A stretch of 62,988 nucleotides of DNA, counting the filler, from Octopus bimaculoides (Eukaryota): assembly GCF_001194135.2 (NCBI RefSeq). It is 6 parts of 6 records of this genome, joined end to end, with 100 filler letters (N's around TTAATTAATTAA, not from the genome) between each part and the next. Parts side by side here need not be neighbours in the genome. Positions count along the whole stretch, not along the records: positions 60,734 to 62,988 come from NW_026313889.1; 5 more parts are not named here. The stretch is one strand, 5' to 3'. Positions 62,685 to 62,988 of this stretch are shown piece by piece. Made by a program: the position numbers and the translations under genes. Each line of letters starts with the position of its first letter. The stretch's first letter is position 1. The notes under the pieces are model-generated. The model had not been told where the DNA came from. It saw only the letters and a program-made list of their open reading frames with translations, and ran no database searches.

Positions 62685-62988
62685 TTCACTTTATATTGTC
62701 CATGTAGAGGCTTCTGGCACCACGTCTCCTCAGTTTGTTTCTGCCCGTTCTTCTTTGCAGTTTGTTTGACCCGTCTTGTTTGTTCGGGGGCAGTGGTTTC
62801 CAGTTCTTCATTTAATTCAGGCTTAACGTCGAGTTCCCTTGCGAATTTACAAGCTTCCTTCGCAATGGAATGTGACTTTTACTGCTTTCGTGCTTCCACA
62901 CAAGCCACAACACCCAGTCCTCTGTACTAGATAAGTACTTGTTCATTGTTATTGAGGAGGTCGTACAGCACAGATCTACCTGCATCAA
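62685..62988 (-). mobile_element. R4/Dong-like LINE fragment (between RT and zinc knuckle)
   Basis: KSHSIAKEACKFARELDVKPEL..EQTRRVKQTAKK..ETWCQKPLHGQY. W..K.LHGQY is characteristic of this region. Confidence 0.7.

Overview
Eukaryotic, AT-rich, repeat-dense draft-assembly scaffold, most likely a coleoid cephalopod such as Octopus. That taxon call is my inference from the SINE/LINE families, the microsatellite load and a metazoan CEP170 exon; no database was searched. The window is stitched from at least six pieces by artificial N44-TTAATTAATTAA-N44 spacers and has many other N gaps. Most of the ORF track is microsatellite or gap noise. Supported coding content is one clear host exon (31659-31808, + strand) carrying the CEP170/CEP170B signature TPLYGQPSWWGE, plus a few weak exon candidates. 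Transposon coding relics include: a near-complete Penelope-like element (RT + GIY-YIG, 529-3137, one frameshift and one stop), a second Penelope-type GIY-YIG remnant, RTE LINE pieces, R4/Dong-like RLE LINE pieces, CR1-like pieces and mariner derivatives. Non-coding repeats include piggyBac-like MITEs, three abundant tRNA-headed SINE families, and many RTE 3' ends carrying a structured ~66-nt tandem array. The most unusual object is a ~380-bp insertion at 48179-48557 (- strand). It joins a tRNA-derived Pol III head to a Penelope-type minimal hammerhead ribozyme, has 29-bp inverted ends and is flanked by a 12-16-bp target-site duplication. It is a candidate ribozyme-bearing, Penelope-mobilised SINE. 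No rRNA, intact tRNA gene or CRISPR array was found.
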